Positions 8,978 through 18,799 of a stretch of 32,000 nucleotides of DNA are shown piece by piece; position 1 is the stretch's first letter; every line of letters begins with the position of its first letter. Position numbers and translations under genes: made by a program. This DNA is from Candidatus Fokinia solitaria (GTDB lineage Bacteria > Pseudomonadota > Alphaproteobacteria > Rickettsiales > Midichloriaceae). The notes beneath the pieces are model-generated. The model searched no databases, was not told the DNA's origin, and saw only the letters and a program-made list of their open reading frames with translations. The stretch is from NCBI RefSeq assembly GCF_003072485.1, contig NZ_CP025989.1:90001-122000 (forward strand), read 5' to 3'.

Positions 8978-9736
8978 GTGATGAAGTCTAACAAGTTTGT
9001 CAATTCAGTATTGAAGCCGCTGCTGATAGCACTTCTGCTATCTTCTATTATAAGAAATTTTATCTTCGAAAATTTCGAAATACCAAGCTCTTCTATGGTG
9101 CCATCTTTGTTGGTAGGAGATGTAGTAATGGTAAGTAAATTTTCCTATGGATATGGTAATTACTCAAGTTGGATTAATCCGCATTTACATCATAGAATAT
9201 TCAATAAAAAGCCTCGTATTGGAGATGTCATTGTATTTCACTGCGGTTTAGTGAATGCACCTACGTGTATTAAGAGATTGATAGCAATGGAAGGAGATGT
9301 TGTCCGAGTGCACGGTGTCGATGTGTACGTGAATAATGTAATCGTAGAGAAAACTCAAATTGGTGATGGAGTTGAGGATTGCGATACTGGAAAATTATGC
9401 AAATATCGAGAATATACCGAAAAACTTCCAAATGGAAAAGAGTATGATGTTCGTTATAGAGAAGTGATGTATGTGCGTGAGAAGGAAGAATTTTCAATTC
9501 CAATTAGCATGATAAGAGCGGAAGGAACGTATGTAGTACCGCAAGGAAAATACTTTTTTATGGGCGATAATAGAGATAATTCTAATGATAGCAGAAACTT
9601 TAACGGCTTAGGTATGGTGGATGAGTTAGATCTTATAGGTAGAGCTGAATGTGTCATATGGAATACAGATAAGATAATAACTGCTATATCCGAAATGAAT
9701 GTCGCTAAAATGAAGGAGATTTTTAGAATATTATGA
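8978..9736 (+). CDS. lepB: signal peptidase I
   Basis: FEIPSSSMVPSLLVGDVVMVSKFSYG (Ser box), GDVIVFH, CIKRLIAMEGDVV (Lys box), YFFMGDNRDNSNDSRNF. GTG 8978 or ATG 8981 start. Confidence 0.95.
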   Translation: MMKSNKFVNSVLKPLLIALLLSSIIRNFIFENFEIPSSSMVPSLLVGDVVMVSKFSYGYGNYSSWINPHLHHRIFNKKPRIGDVIVFHCGLVNAPTCIKRLIAMEGDVVRVHGVDVYVNNVIVEKTQIGDGVEDCDTGKLCKYREYTEKLPNGKEYDVRYREVMYVREKEEFSIPISMIRAEGTYVVPQGKYFFMGDNRDNSNDSRNFNGLGMVDELDLIGRAECVIWNTDKIITAISEMNVAKMKEIFRIL

Positions 9737-10839
9737 ATAAGGTAGAGAGGAACGTACTTCTTATATGTGGTGGAGAATCGCCGGAGCATGAGGTATCTAT
9801 AATTTCCGGTAGAAATGTATTTAACTGCTTAAAAGATGATTTTAATGTGCTTGTAGTCACTATCAGTCGTAGCGGCATATGGTACTTACATGCGTCATTT
9901 CCTCATATTACATCGTGTGATGATGAAATGGCTGATAAATCGCAAATTTGCCATCTCATAAAGAATAACGATGGAGTGATGCTTCATACTGAAAATAAGC
10001 GCAAATATAGCATAGACGTAGCATTTCCGTTAGTACATGGTGCATCGGGGGAAGATGGTATGCTACAGGGTACATTAGAGTTATATGGCATAAAATACGT
10101 TGGTAGCAATATAGCAGGCTCGGTGATTTGCATGAACAAAATTCTGACAAGAAAGATTTTATCTTATCATGATATTGCAACAGTGCCTTTCTTGGAAATA
10201 AATGAAGAGAATTTCGTAGGGTATCATGAAGCTTCTAAGATGTTAGGAGTAGAGGATATGATTGTGAAGCCGTGTAGTTGTGGTTCTTCTATAGGAGTTT
10301 CCGCTGTACGTTCTGAAGTAGAATACGAAAACGCAATCAGAAATGCATTATTGTATAGTTCTGATGTATTGGTAGAAGTAATGATAAAAGGAATGGAGTT
10401 AGAATGTAGTGTTCTTGAAAAGATAGAAAACGGCAAGCGCACGTTATTTAGCTCAGATGCGGGACAGATAATAGTAGAAGATGGATTTTACTCATATGAA
10501 GCTAAGTATTGTAATCAGAAGAATGTCGTTACGGCAATACCTGCTTCCATTACGCATAAACAGCACGAAATTATCGCACATACTGCTGAATCTGCATTTA
10601 AAGTCTTGAAATGTAGAGGATGGGCAAGAGTAGATTTTTTAATGGATGATACTAACCTTTATGTGAATGAAATTAACACAATACCAGGTTGCACTTCGAT
10701 TAGCATGTATACGAAGTTATTAGAATCGAAAGGTATGTCACAGAAAGAAGTGTTCAAGACTTTAGTAGATGTAGCACTCAATGATAACGCAGAATTAGTG
10801 TCTTCATATCATTCAAATAGCGTGATAATGTGCAGGTAA
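9733..10839 (+). CDS. ddl: D-alanine--D-alanine ligase
   Basis: GGESPEHEVSIISGRNV, PLVHGASGEDGMLQGTLELYGIKYVGS, RVDFLMDDTNLYVNEINTIPGCTSISMY; overlaps lepB stop by 4 nt. Confidence 0.95.
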   Translation: MNKVERNVLLICGGESPEHEVSIISGRNVFNCLKDDFNVLVVTISRSGIWYLHASFPHITSCDDEMADKSQICHLIKNNDGVMLHTENKRKYSIDVAFPLVHGASGEDGMLQGTLELYGIKYVGSNIAGSVICMNKILTRKILSYHDIATVPFLEINEENFVGYHEASKMLGVEDMIVKPCSCGSSIGVSAVRSEVEYENAIRNALLYSSDVLVEVMIKGMELECSVLEKIENGKRTLFSSDAGQIIVEDGFYSYEAKYCNQKNVVTAIPASITHKQHEIIAHTAESAFKVLKCRGWARVDFLMDDTNLYVNEINTIPGCTSISMYTKLLESKGMSQKEVFKTLVDVALNDNAELVSSYHSNSVIMCR

Positions 10840-11055
10840 AAGTAATAAATCAAAGTCACGAAGCGCAAGAAAATAGTAGCAGTAGATGAGGTACAAGAGT
10901 GTACTATGCGGAAATTTATAAGTTTTTTTCATACTCTTTGATAACCTAAAAGTACAAGTTTCAACTTACGAGTATATAGAAAATAGAGTGACTTTAGTAT
11001 TTACGCCATAAATACCAGTTTATCGAAAAATGACGATGAGATGACTGAAATTGCA

Positions 11056-12342
11056 CTATCTTATTACAGCCCGTCCCTTTTTTATAAGACTGCTGTACTG
11101 AAGAGTAATTAAATAGTTTTGAATATATTGAAAAAGTTCGATAGAGACGTTTACGACTATTAGAAGACTTGTACCTCCTAAATAAAACGGTAACGAGTAT
11201 CTTGCGCCTAACATTTCCGGTACAATGCAAACAAACGATATATATGCCGCTCCTATAACATTAAGTTTTAACAGGATAGATTCTATATATCTTGCAGTAT
11301 GCTCACCAGGGCGTGTACCTGGTATAATAGCGCCATTCTTTTTTAGATTATTTGCAGTATCAGCAGGATTGAAAACGACGGAAGTATAGAAGAAGCTGAA
11401 AAAGATTATAAATATTAAGTATAACGCGATATATAATGGCTTACCATATCCAAAATTTTGCAAAAGCCAAGTCACTATCGGATTAGTAGAAGCGCTTAAA
11501 AGATTTATAACGGTAGAAGGGAAAATTAGTACAGAGCTAGCAAAAATAGGCGCTAAAACACCAGAAGTATTTATCTTTAGAGGGATGTGAGTAGAATCCC
11601 CGGAGTATATTTTATTACCAATCTGCTTTCTTGGATAAGTGACGGCAATAGGTCTGTACGCTCTTTCAAAAAATACTATGATGAAGAGAAGTACTGCAGT
11701 AAAGAATATAAAGCACAGTAATGAAAATACGGAAATAGCATTTACCTTCATCATACTAAAGAGTGAAGTGATTGAGGGGATCAAACCTGCTAAGATTCCA
11801 GAAAATATTATCATAGAACTACCATTACCTATTCCATGTTTGGTAATCTGATCGCTTAGCCATATCATGAATACAGTGCCACCTACCATGCTTATGGTAC
11901 CTACTAATCTGAAGTGAAATCCTGTTTTTATAACTATACCAGCGTTATCGATTGAAATCTGTTCTGCACCACTGACTAAAGCATAAGCTTGGAAAAATGC
12001 CAAAAGCAAAGCTAAATACTTCGTATACGAAGCGATTTTCCTTCTTCCTGTCTCGCCACCTTCTTTTTTCATTTCACTCAAGTAAGGTACTATTGCAGAT
12101 AACAGCTGCATCACGATGGAAGCAGTGATATATGGCATGATATTGAGGCCAAATATTGACATGCGTGACAAAGCGCCACCAGTAAACATATTGAAAACGC
12201 CTAATAATCCCTTTGCAGAAGCATCGTCTGCTACTTTCTTTAATACCGTCAAATCTATACCTGGAATCGTGACATAAGTTCCAAATCTGTACACTAAGAG
12301 GGCTCCTAAGACAAATAGCACTCTCTTAAGTATTGGCAGCAT
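11056..12342 (-). CDS. secY: protein translocase subunit SecY
   Basis: FGTYVTIPGID, GGALSRMSIFGLNIMPYITASIVMQLL, GIGNGSSMIIFSGI, TYPRKQIG, IPLKINTSGVLAPIFASS, RPGEHTARYIE. Confidence 0.96.
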   Translation of the reverse strand: MLPILKRVLFVLGALLVYRFGTYVTIPGIDLTVLKKVADDASAKGLLGVFNMFTGGALSRMSIFGLNIMPYITASIVMQLLSAIVPYLSEMKKEGGETGRRKIASYTKYLALLLAFFQAYALVSGAEQISIDNAGIVIKTGFHFRLVGTISMVGGTVFMIWLSDQITKHGIGNGSSMIIFSGILAGLIPSITSLFSMMKVNAISVFSLLCFIFFTAVLLFIIVFFERAYRPIAVTYPRKQIGNKIYSGDSTHIPLKINTSGVLAPIFASSVLIFPSTVINLLSASTNPIVTWLLQNFGYGKPLYIALYLIFIIFFSFFYTSVVFNPADTANNLKKNGAIIPGTRPGEHTARYIESILLKLNVIGAAYISFVCIVPEMLGARYSLPFYLGGTSLLIVVNVSIELFQYIQNYLITLQYSSLIKKGRAVIR

Positions 12343-12388
12343 CTCGTTGTAAGGGAAAAATGTTCTATATCATGCTATAGTACAATAG

Positions 12389-14236
12389 TTACAGCTTAAA
12401 GTACATTAGCAAGATTGCAATTGTAAGCACCGTAATACAGATTGCTCTAAGGGTAAATTCGATTCTTCCACGGTATATTTTTTGCAATACTTGAGAGATA
12501 AAAGTATATGCTTCTATAATTTTTGATACACCTCCATCGAGGACAGAATGCTCGATAAATATAGCTATATCAGCTATTTGATATAAGCTTCCGGCGCATT
12601 TCGCATAAAATTCTTCGAAGTAGAATTTTTTATTTACTGCAAGGTATGCAATGTTTTGAACTGTATTAGGTATAAATCGTAATGTAGTGTACTTTCGAGT
12701 CATGAGATATGCGACTATACCTCCTAATAATGTACATGCTATTGGTATGTGCTCAATTTGCGATGAGAGTGTCTGAACGTTAGTGGAAATTCTAAAGATG
12801 CTGGTGTGATATCCTACATAACCTATTATTGCCGATAATAGACTGAGGAGTATCAAAGGTGCCTTCATTTTCCATGTTTCAGTATCGCTTAAGTATTTTT
12901 GTGTGCCATTACTGTGAAAAATGATCAGCAACATTCTGAAAGAGTATATTGCGGTAAAGAATGCACTAATCAAACTTACTATATAAGCTATATAGCACAG
13001 CACACTATCGGCAGCGCTTTGATATATACCGCTTATAATCATTTCTTTAGAAAAGAATCCTCCAAATGGAAATACTCCTGTAATGGAGAAAATGCCAATT
13101 ATCATAGCGCAATAAGTAAGTGGCGTACTTCTAATAGAAAGTTTCATTTTAAAAATGTTCTGTTCTCCGTGCAGTGTATGTATGATGCTACCTGCGCACA
13201 AGAAAAGTAAGGCTTTAAAAAATGCATGAGTGATTAAGTGAAAGACTCCCGTTGAGTATAAGCGTATTCCGCATGACATGAACATATAACCGAGTTGACT
13301 GCATGTAGAGTAAGCGATGATTTTTTTAATATCAGTCTGAAAAATTGCCATTATCCCCATGAGGAAGGCAGTTATCGCGCCAACGCTTAATGTAATATTT
13401 GAAGCTATCGTTGAGTACTCAAATATCGTCTGACATTTTACGATTATAAAGATACCTGCTGCAACCATTGTTGCCGCATGTATCAATGCTGATACTGGAG
13501 TTGGTCCTTCCATTGCATCCGGTAACCATACGTGGAAAAGTATTTGCGCAGATTTGCCCATCGCACCGAGTAGAATACAGCATGCAATAATATCTATTGT
13601 AGCATCATGTTCTTGTAGTGAGCTGATATAAAGTGCGATGTTGTGAAAATCGGCACTTCCACACTTCAATACAAGTTGAATTATTCCAGCAAGAAGAAAA
13701 ATATCCGCGATTCTATTTGTAAGAAATGCTTTTAGCGCAGCTTTTGTAGCGCTGCTTTTCTCAAACCAAAAACATATTAGAAAATAAGAGCAACATCCTA
13801 CTCCCTCCCAGCCTATAAACATTTGAAGCAAATTTCCGGATATCAGAAGAAATACCATAAAGAATGTGAAAAGTGCTAAATATAGCATATATCGCTTAAT
13901 GGAAGGCTCATTACTCATGTATTCGATAGAATACAAATGTACCGCTGCGGAAACGATACAGACGACTAATAAAATTGCAGCAATTGTCGTATCTATTGTA
14001 ATGCTAAAGTCGAATTTTATATCTTCGACCTTCAGCCAACTGTAAAATGAATGCTGTATTTCTGCTGAAGAAAGGAAGATCTCATAAAAAAGTAATGCTG
14101 CGCAGAAAAGACTTAGCAAAATTCCTGTCATCGATATAAGTTCGCAATGCTTTCTAGTGGTACTACAAAAGAAGTATTGTATTATGCCACTTAGTAATGG
14201 TGCCGTTAGAGTAAGCGAAGCAAGGTATATCAGCAT
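12389..14236 (-). CDS. nuoL: NADH-quinone oxidoreductase subunit L
   Basis: NLLQMFIGWEGVGCCSYFLI, LLGAMGKSAQILFHVWLPDAMEGPTPVSALIHAATMVAAG, DIKKIIAYSTCSQLGYM, HAFFKALLFLCAGSIIH. Confidence 0.96.
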   Translation of the reverse strand: MLIYLASLTLTAPLLSGIIQYFFCSTTRKHCELISMTGILLSLFCAALLFYEIFLSSAEIQHSFYSWLKVEDIKFDFSITIDTTIAAILLVVCIVSAAVHLYSIEYMSNEPSIKRYMLYLALFTFFMVFLLISGNLLQMFIGWEGVGCCSYFLICFWFEKSSATKAALKAFLTNRIADIFLLAGIIQLVLKCGSADFHNIALYISSLQEHDATIDIIACCILLGAMGKSAQILFHVWLPDAMEGPTPVSALIHAATMVAAGIFIIVKCQTIFEYSTIASNITLSVGAITAFLMGIMAIFQTDIKKIIAYSTCSQLGYMFMSCGIRLYSTGVFHLITHAFFKALLFLCAGSIIHTLHGEQNIFKMKLSIRSTPLTYCAMIIGIFSITGVFPFGGFFSKEMIISGIYQSAADSVLCYIAYIVSLISAFFTAIYSFRMLLIIFHSNGTQKYLSDTETWKMKAPLILLSLLSAIIGYVGYHTSIFRISTNVQTLSSQIEHIPIACTLLGGIVAYLMTRKYTTLRFIPNTVQNIAYLAVNKKFYFEEFYAKCAGSLYQIADIAIFIEHSVLDGGVSKIIEAYTFISQVLQKIYRGRIEFTLRAICITVLTIAILLMYFKL

Positions 14237-14453
14237 AAGTGAAGAGAACTATATTCATTGACGAGTGTGAATAAATTTATTAGAAACATCAAGGCTTGGA
14301 TTTCTAAAATCGTATGCGATACATGGTGATTTTTACGTCGAAATCCATAAGAAAAGTATTTATAACATCTTCGAAAACAGAGATTACATCATAGTAATTG
14401 CTTATCGTATGATGTTAATGATAAGGATTTTGATAACATAATAGTCTTGTGTA

Positions 14454-15599
14454 ATGCCTTTTTTACTCACTTCTGAATCTGTTTCAGAGGGGCATCCGGA
14501 TAAAGCTGCGGATCAAATTTCCGACGCAATCCTTGATGCGATCTTAAAGCAGGATAAAAATGCTCGTGTAGCGGCTGAAACTGTCGTGATGCGTGGACTA
14601 GTATTGCTATCCGGAGAGATTACTACTTTTGCAGATGTAGATTACTGTGGTGTAGTTCGTAATACGTTGAAAAGAATTGGATATACTGCTGGTGATTGTG
14701 GCTTTTCATCTGATACTTATCCAATATTAGTAAATTACAATAAACAGTCGGTAGATATAGCGCATGGTATACAGTGTAAGAATGATTCTGGCGAAGGCGC
14801 GGGAGATCAAGGCATTGTATTTGGTTATGCGTGTGATGAAACAAGCGTATTAATGCCTGCATCGATATATTATGCGCATTGCTTAATGAAAAAACATGCA
14901 AGTGTCAGAAAAAACGGCATGTTACAGTGGTTGAGACCAGATGCAAAAACTCAACTTACTGTGAGATATGATGAAGAAAGTGGTAAACCTATAGCTTTTG
15001 ATACTGTGATATTTTCTACGCAGCATGATGAATCTGTGAGAGATTCTGCTATTAAGCATGGTGTAATAGAAGAGATAATTAGACCAGTGCTGCCGGCGCA
15101 TATGATAGATGGAAATACGAAATTTCTCATTAATCCAGCAGGAAGATTTGTAATAGGTGGACCAATTGCAGATACAGGCTTAACGGGGCGGAAAATTGTT
15201 GTAGATACGTACGGCTGTGCTTCTCCGCATGGTGGAGGAGCATTTTCCGGAAAAGATCCGTCGAAAATTGATAGATCAGGTGCGTATTTTGCACGTTATA
15301 TTGCCAAGAATATTGTCGCTTCCAAATTAGTGAAAAAGTGCCAAGTGCAGATTGCTTATGCAATAGGAGTAGCCGCACCAGTAAGCATAAACATCAATAC
15401 ATTTGGCGTAGATGGTATCAGTGATCGTGCGTTAGAAAAGATTGTACAACAACACTTTGATCTGAGGCCGCGCGCAATTATAAAAGAGTTGAATTTATTA
15501 CAGCCGATATATGAGAAAACTGCTGTATATGGACATTTCGGACGAGAAGATGAAAGTTTTAAATGGGAAGACACAGATAAAGTACATCTGTTTAAATGA
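14454..15599 (+). CDS. metK: S-adenosylmethionine synthetase
   Basis: [72 protein letters not shown]. Confidence 0.97.
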   Translation: MPFLLTSESVSEGHPDKAADQISDAILDAILKQDKNARVAAETVVMRGLVLLSGEITTFADVDYCGVVRNTLKRIGYTAGDCGFSSDTYPILVNYNKQSVDIAHGIQCKNDSGEGAGDQGIVFGYACDETSVLMPASIYYAHCLMKKHASVRKNGMLQWLRPDAKTQLTVRYDEESGKPIAFDTVIFSTQHDESVRDSAIKHGVIEEIIRPVLPAHMIDGNTKFLINPAGRFVIGGPIADTGLTGRKIVVDTYGCASPHGGGAFSGKDPSKIDRSGAYFARYIAKNIVASKLVKKCQVQIAYAIGVAAPVSININTFGVDGISDRALEKIVQQHFDLRPRAIIKELNLLQPIYEKTAVYGHFGREDESFKWEDTDKVHLFK

Positions 15600-15658
15600 A
15601 TGAAGATAGAGTATGAATAAGCAGTAAATGTAATTAAATTTGATATAGAATATAGAAA

Positions 15659-16633
15659 ATGGCACAAGATATTGTTTTACTGTTCCCTGGACAGGGCTCT
15701 CAGTACGTGAAAATGGGGCAAGATTTATATGAAGAATTTTCAGTTGCACGGGAAGTTTTTGAAGAGGTGGATGATGCGCTGGAGATGAAACTCACAGACG
15801 TTATCTTTGGTGATGATATAGAGTTGTTGACTACAACATATAATGCACAACCTGCAATAATGGCAGTTTCAATGGCAGTTGTACGTATCCTTCAGAAAGA
15901 AATGAAGAAGAAATTCTATAGTAGGATTAAAGTAGTAGCTGGACATTCTTTAGGCGAATACTCAGCACTTTGTGCAGCAAATGGTCTTAGTATTCGAAAT
16001 ACTGCAAAGCTTCTGTTTGAAAGAGGGAAAATAATGTATGATGCCGCAGCATCATCTGCTGGCGGAATGTTTGCATTACTTGGCTGTTATGATATTGCGG
16101 CGATAAAGGAAATGATTGCCTCAGTTAAAAAGTGCTGTGAAGACGATAGTATATGCGAAGTAGCGAATGATAATGGTGCAGGGCAGGTAATACTTAGTTG
16201 TACAGGTGATGCATTAGTAAAACTTCCAGTTTTTGCTTTAGAAAGAGGTATTAGAAAAGTAATAAAATTAAATGTTAATATGCCGTTTCATTCCTCTATA
16301 ATGAAGGAAGCTGCTTCATGCTTTACAAAATATTTGAATGTAATAGATATTAAAGATACTGATATTCCAATAGTTACAAATTATGATGCTAAGGCGCATG
16401 TCGTTGCAAGAGAAATAAAAGAAGTAATAGCATTGCAAATGAATAACTTGGTGAGATGGAAAGAATCTATCGAATACATACTTCAATCATGTAATCCGCA
16501 TTGTTTTGTAGAGGTAGGCCCTAAAAGAGTTTTGAGCGATCTTGCGACAAGGATGCTGCCAGATGAAGCTAATATCAAAGTATTTTCTACTAGTACGTTA
16601 GAAGAAATTTCAGATTTTCTGAATATTACTTAA
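15659..16633 (+). CDS. fabD: malonyl CoA-acyl carrier protein transacylase
   Basis: VLLFPGQGSQYVKMG, VVAGHSLGEYSALCAA (GHSLG), MPFHSSIM, FVEVGPKRVL. Start codon near 15659-15661 (ATGGCACAAGAT). Confidence 0.95.
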   Translation: MAQDIVLLFPGQGSQYVKMGQDLYEEFSVAREVFEEVDDALEMKLTDVIFGDDIELLTTTYNAQPAIMAVSMAVVRILQKEMKKKFYSRIKVVAGHSLGEYSALCAANGLSIRNTAKLLFERGKIMYDAAASSAGGMFALLGCYDIAAIKEMIASVKKCCEDDSICEVANDNGAGQVILSCTGDALVKLPVFALERGIRKVIKLNVNMPFHSSIMKEAASCFTKYLNVIDIKDTDIPIVTNYDAKAHVVAREIKEVIALQMNNLVRWKESIEYILQSCNPHCFVEVGPKRVLSDLATRMLPDEANIKVFSTSTLEEISDFLNIT

Positions 16634-16753
16634 AGTTCTTCTGTTTTTGTAAAGAGAAGCTTCAAGCTGCTATATGATATCGCGATAATAGCTATTTTCT
16701 AATTGTAGCATTTATAAACGCGTACTGTGATTCACTGTAGTATAAAGCAGTGG

Positions 16754-17515
16754 CTAATCAGCTACGTAATCGTTGTTTTTATATGCTACAGGAGTGAGAA
16801 AAAGTTTTTCAGGAAAAATACGAAGATCTATTTTAGAATATTTTGTTATCATCGATGGCAAATATGGACGTAACGTGGAAAGCGCTATCTTTGCATTTTT
16901 TTGCGGCAGCATGATAACTGTGCCATTCTTGCATACTATATTCCATCTCCTGCTTTCAATAAGATGAAGGTAAAGTATGTGCGATGATATATTACCGATC
17001 ACATCGTAAATTATTTTTGCATTGTAGATCTGAAATGCTGCATTTTTACCGTATACCGAAAGCTTAATCTTGGATAATGGCTCATATAAAGCCTTATTTG
17101 CAGCGCTATGGTAAGATAGTACATCTCCGTATTGATCTATCACAAGAAATGTTGATGAATCCAAGGATTCATACCATAGTGCAAAAGGCTCTCTTTTTTC
17201 AGCTAATATGATAGCGGTATTGTCAATGAAGACTCTTACTGAGAGATTGTTTAGTAACGTATTTTGAGATGTTAGCGCATAGTAGATTTGATATGCAGAG
17301 GGATGTGTATTATAAAATGTTTTTTCAATTACTGTCTGAAGATATTTAGATAATCTTCGATCATTTGAGAGAACGGTAGTACTGAAACGAAAATGATGTA
17401 CCTTATCCTCGCGAAGCACAGCAAAAAGAACAGCTGCTAAAGTGGCATAAGTTACAAAAAATAGGATATAACATACAAATATACAGCGACACCTTTCGTA
17501 GAATGCGTGCTTCAT
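16754..17515 (-). CDS. ftsQ: divergent FtsQ/DivIB-like cell division protein
   Basis: Short cytoplasmic N-terminus, one TM, POTRA-like segment, then SRRWNIVCKNGTVIMLPQKNAKIALSTL...KIDLRIFPEKLFL, matching the FtsQ C-terminal pattern. Confidence 0.65.
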   Translation of the reverse strand: MKHAFYERCRCIFVCYILFFVTYATLAAVLFAVLREDKVHHFRFSTTVLSNDRRLSKYLQTVIEKTFYNTHPSAYQIYYALTSQNTLLNNLSVRVFIDNTAIILAEKREPFALWYESLDSSTFLVIDQYGDVLSYHSAANKALYEPLSKIKLSVYGKNAAFQIYNAKIIYDVIGNISSHILYLHLIESRRWNIVCKNGTVIMLPQKNAKIALSTLRPYLPSMITKYSKIDLRIFPEKLFLTPVAYKNNDYVAD

Positions 17516-17517
17516 CG

Positions 17518-18081
17518 TTAGATTCTTTCCAGGTATACGTCATCTTCTGTTCTTACACGTATTTCGTCGCCATTTTTTATGAATTGCGGCACCATTACTT
17601 TAATCGAATTATTGACAATAGCAGGTTTATACGAACTTGTGACAGTTTGTCCCTTAATAGATTCTTCGCATTCAGTAACGGTAGCAACTACCGATTCCGG
17701 TAGGGTACATGATACTATATTTCCTTCATATTTTTGCATTTTTACTATCATGCTTTCCTTTAAATAGCCTACTTTCTCTTTTCCAATCATGTTCTCATGT
17801 ACGGTGATCTGTTCGTAGCTTACGAAATTAATGAAGGATAAATTTTCTGCAATGCTGTAAAGAAACTGATACTCTTCATCTTCGATATACGCTTTCTCCA
17901 CATTCTCGCTTGTTCTGAATCGTATATTTTTTTTCGTGCTATCTACTATATCCTTTATTTCAGTTTGCATATAAGCACCCCCTTTCCCTGGCTGTACATG
18001 CATCACCTTAATGACTCTCATCAGTTTCTTCTCGTACAGCAAAATATCACCTACTCTAATATCTACGGCGGAAATCTTCAT
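17518..18081 (-). CDS. efp: elongation factor P
   Basis: DIRVGDILLYEKKLMRVIKVMHVQPGKGGAYMQTEIKDI; C-terminal PQFIKNGDEIRVRTEDDVYLERI. Confidence 0.93.
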   Translation of the reverse strand: MKISAVDIRVGDILLYEKKLMRVIKVMHVQPGKGGAYMQTEIKDIVDSTKKNIRFRTSENVEKAYIEDEEYQFLYSIAENLSFINFVSYEQITVHENMIGKEKVGYLKESMIVKMQKYEGNIVSCTLPESVVATVTECEESIKGQTVTSSYKPAIVNNSIKVMVPQFIKNGDEIRVRTEDDVYLERI

Positions 18082-18087
18082 ACTAAG

Positions 18088-18621
18088 CTACTTTTTCTTA
18101 CCTTCTTTCATGATAATACGTTCTCCTGCATACCTTACTCCTTTACCTTGGTAAGGCTCCGGTGGTCTGAGCTTTCTGATTTCTGAGGCAATTTCTCCTA
18201 CTACCTGCTTATCAATACCACTTATGACTATCTCTGTAGGAGTTGGAGTTTCAATACTGACGCTACTAGGAATACCGTAGAAAACAGGATGACTGAATCG
18301 CAATTCTAAGACCAATATCTTGCCTCGTATTGCAGCTTTATATCCAGTACCTACTAACTCCAACTTTTTGCTGAATCCTACACTAACGCCGCGCACCATA
18401 TTATTTACAACATTTCTTGCTGTGCCCCACATAGCTCTACCAAACTTATCCTCACTGTTCGTACTTACTGTAAGCGAATTACCTTCATGATGAAATTGTA
18501 CAAGCTTAGGAAAAGAGAATTCGAGTTCACCCTTAGGGCCAGAAGCTTTTATGTAACTACCGTCTATCTTCAGTGATATTCCTGTTGGAATCGTAATAGG
18601 TACCTTGCCAACTCTGGACAT
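18088..18621 (-). CDS. rplF: 50S ribosomal protein L6
   Basis: MSRVGKVPITIPTG, VSVGFSKKLELVGTGYKA, LELRFSHPV, IRKLRPPEPYQGKGVRYAGE signature. Confidence 0.97.
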   Translation of the reverse strand: MSRVGKVPITIPTGISLKIDGSYIKASGPKGELEFSFPKLVQFHHEGNSLTVSTNSEDKFGRAMWGTARNVVNNMVRGVSVGFSKKLELVGTGYKAAIRGKILVLELRFSHPVFYGIPSSVSIETPTPTEIVISGIDKQVVGEIASEIRKLRPPEPYQGKGVRYAGERIIMKEGKKK

Positions 18622-18799
18622 TTCTCTGAAAAATCTATTATTTCATACAAATTAATACATACACGTACTTGCTTAGAAGATCAATGCGTGAAGCATTCTA
18701 AGATACTTGAGTGATTTCTTGGTAGAAATGATATTTTGCATAATTTTATGCTCATGATAATATTCTGATTATTAATGAAATAATTAGTGATGATCGACT

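Noticed and set aside
14237-14453. Possible SAM riboswitch upstream of metK
   Set aside because: Only weak hairpins and a 12-bp AT palindrome (aataaatttatt, 14270-14281); no SAM-I, SAM-II or SAM/SAH core was recognised. An Infernal scan would settle it.
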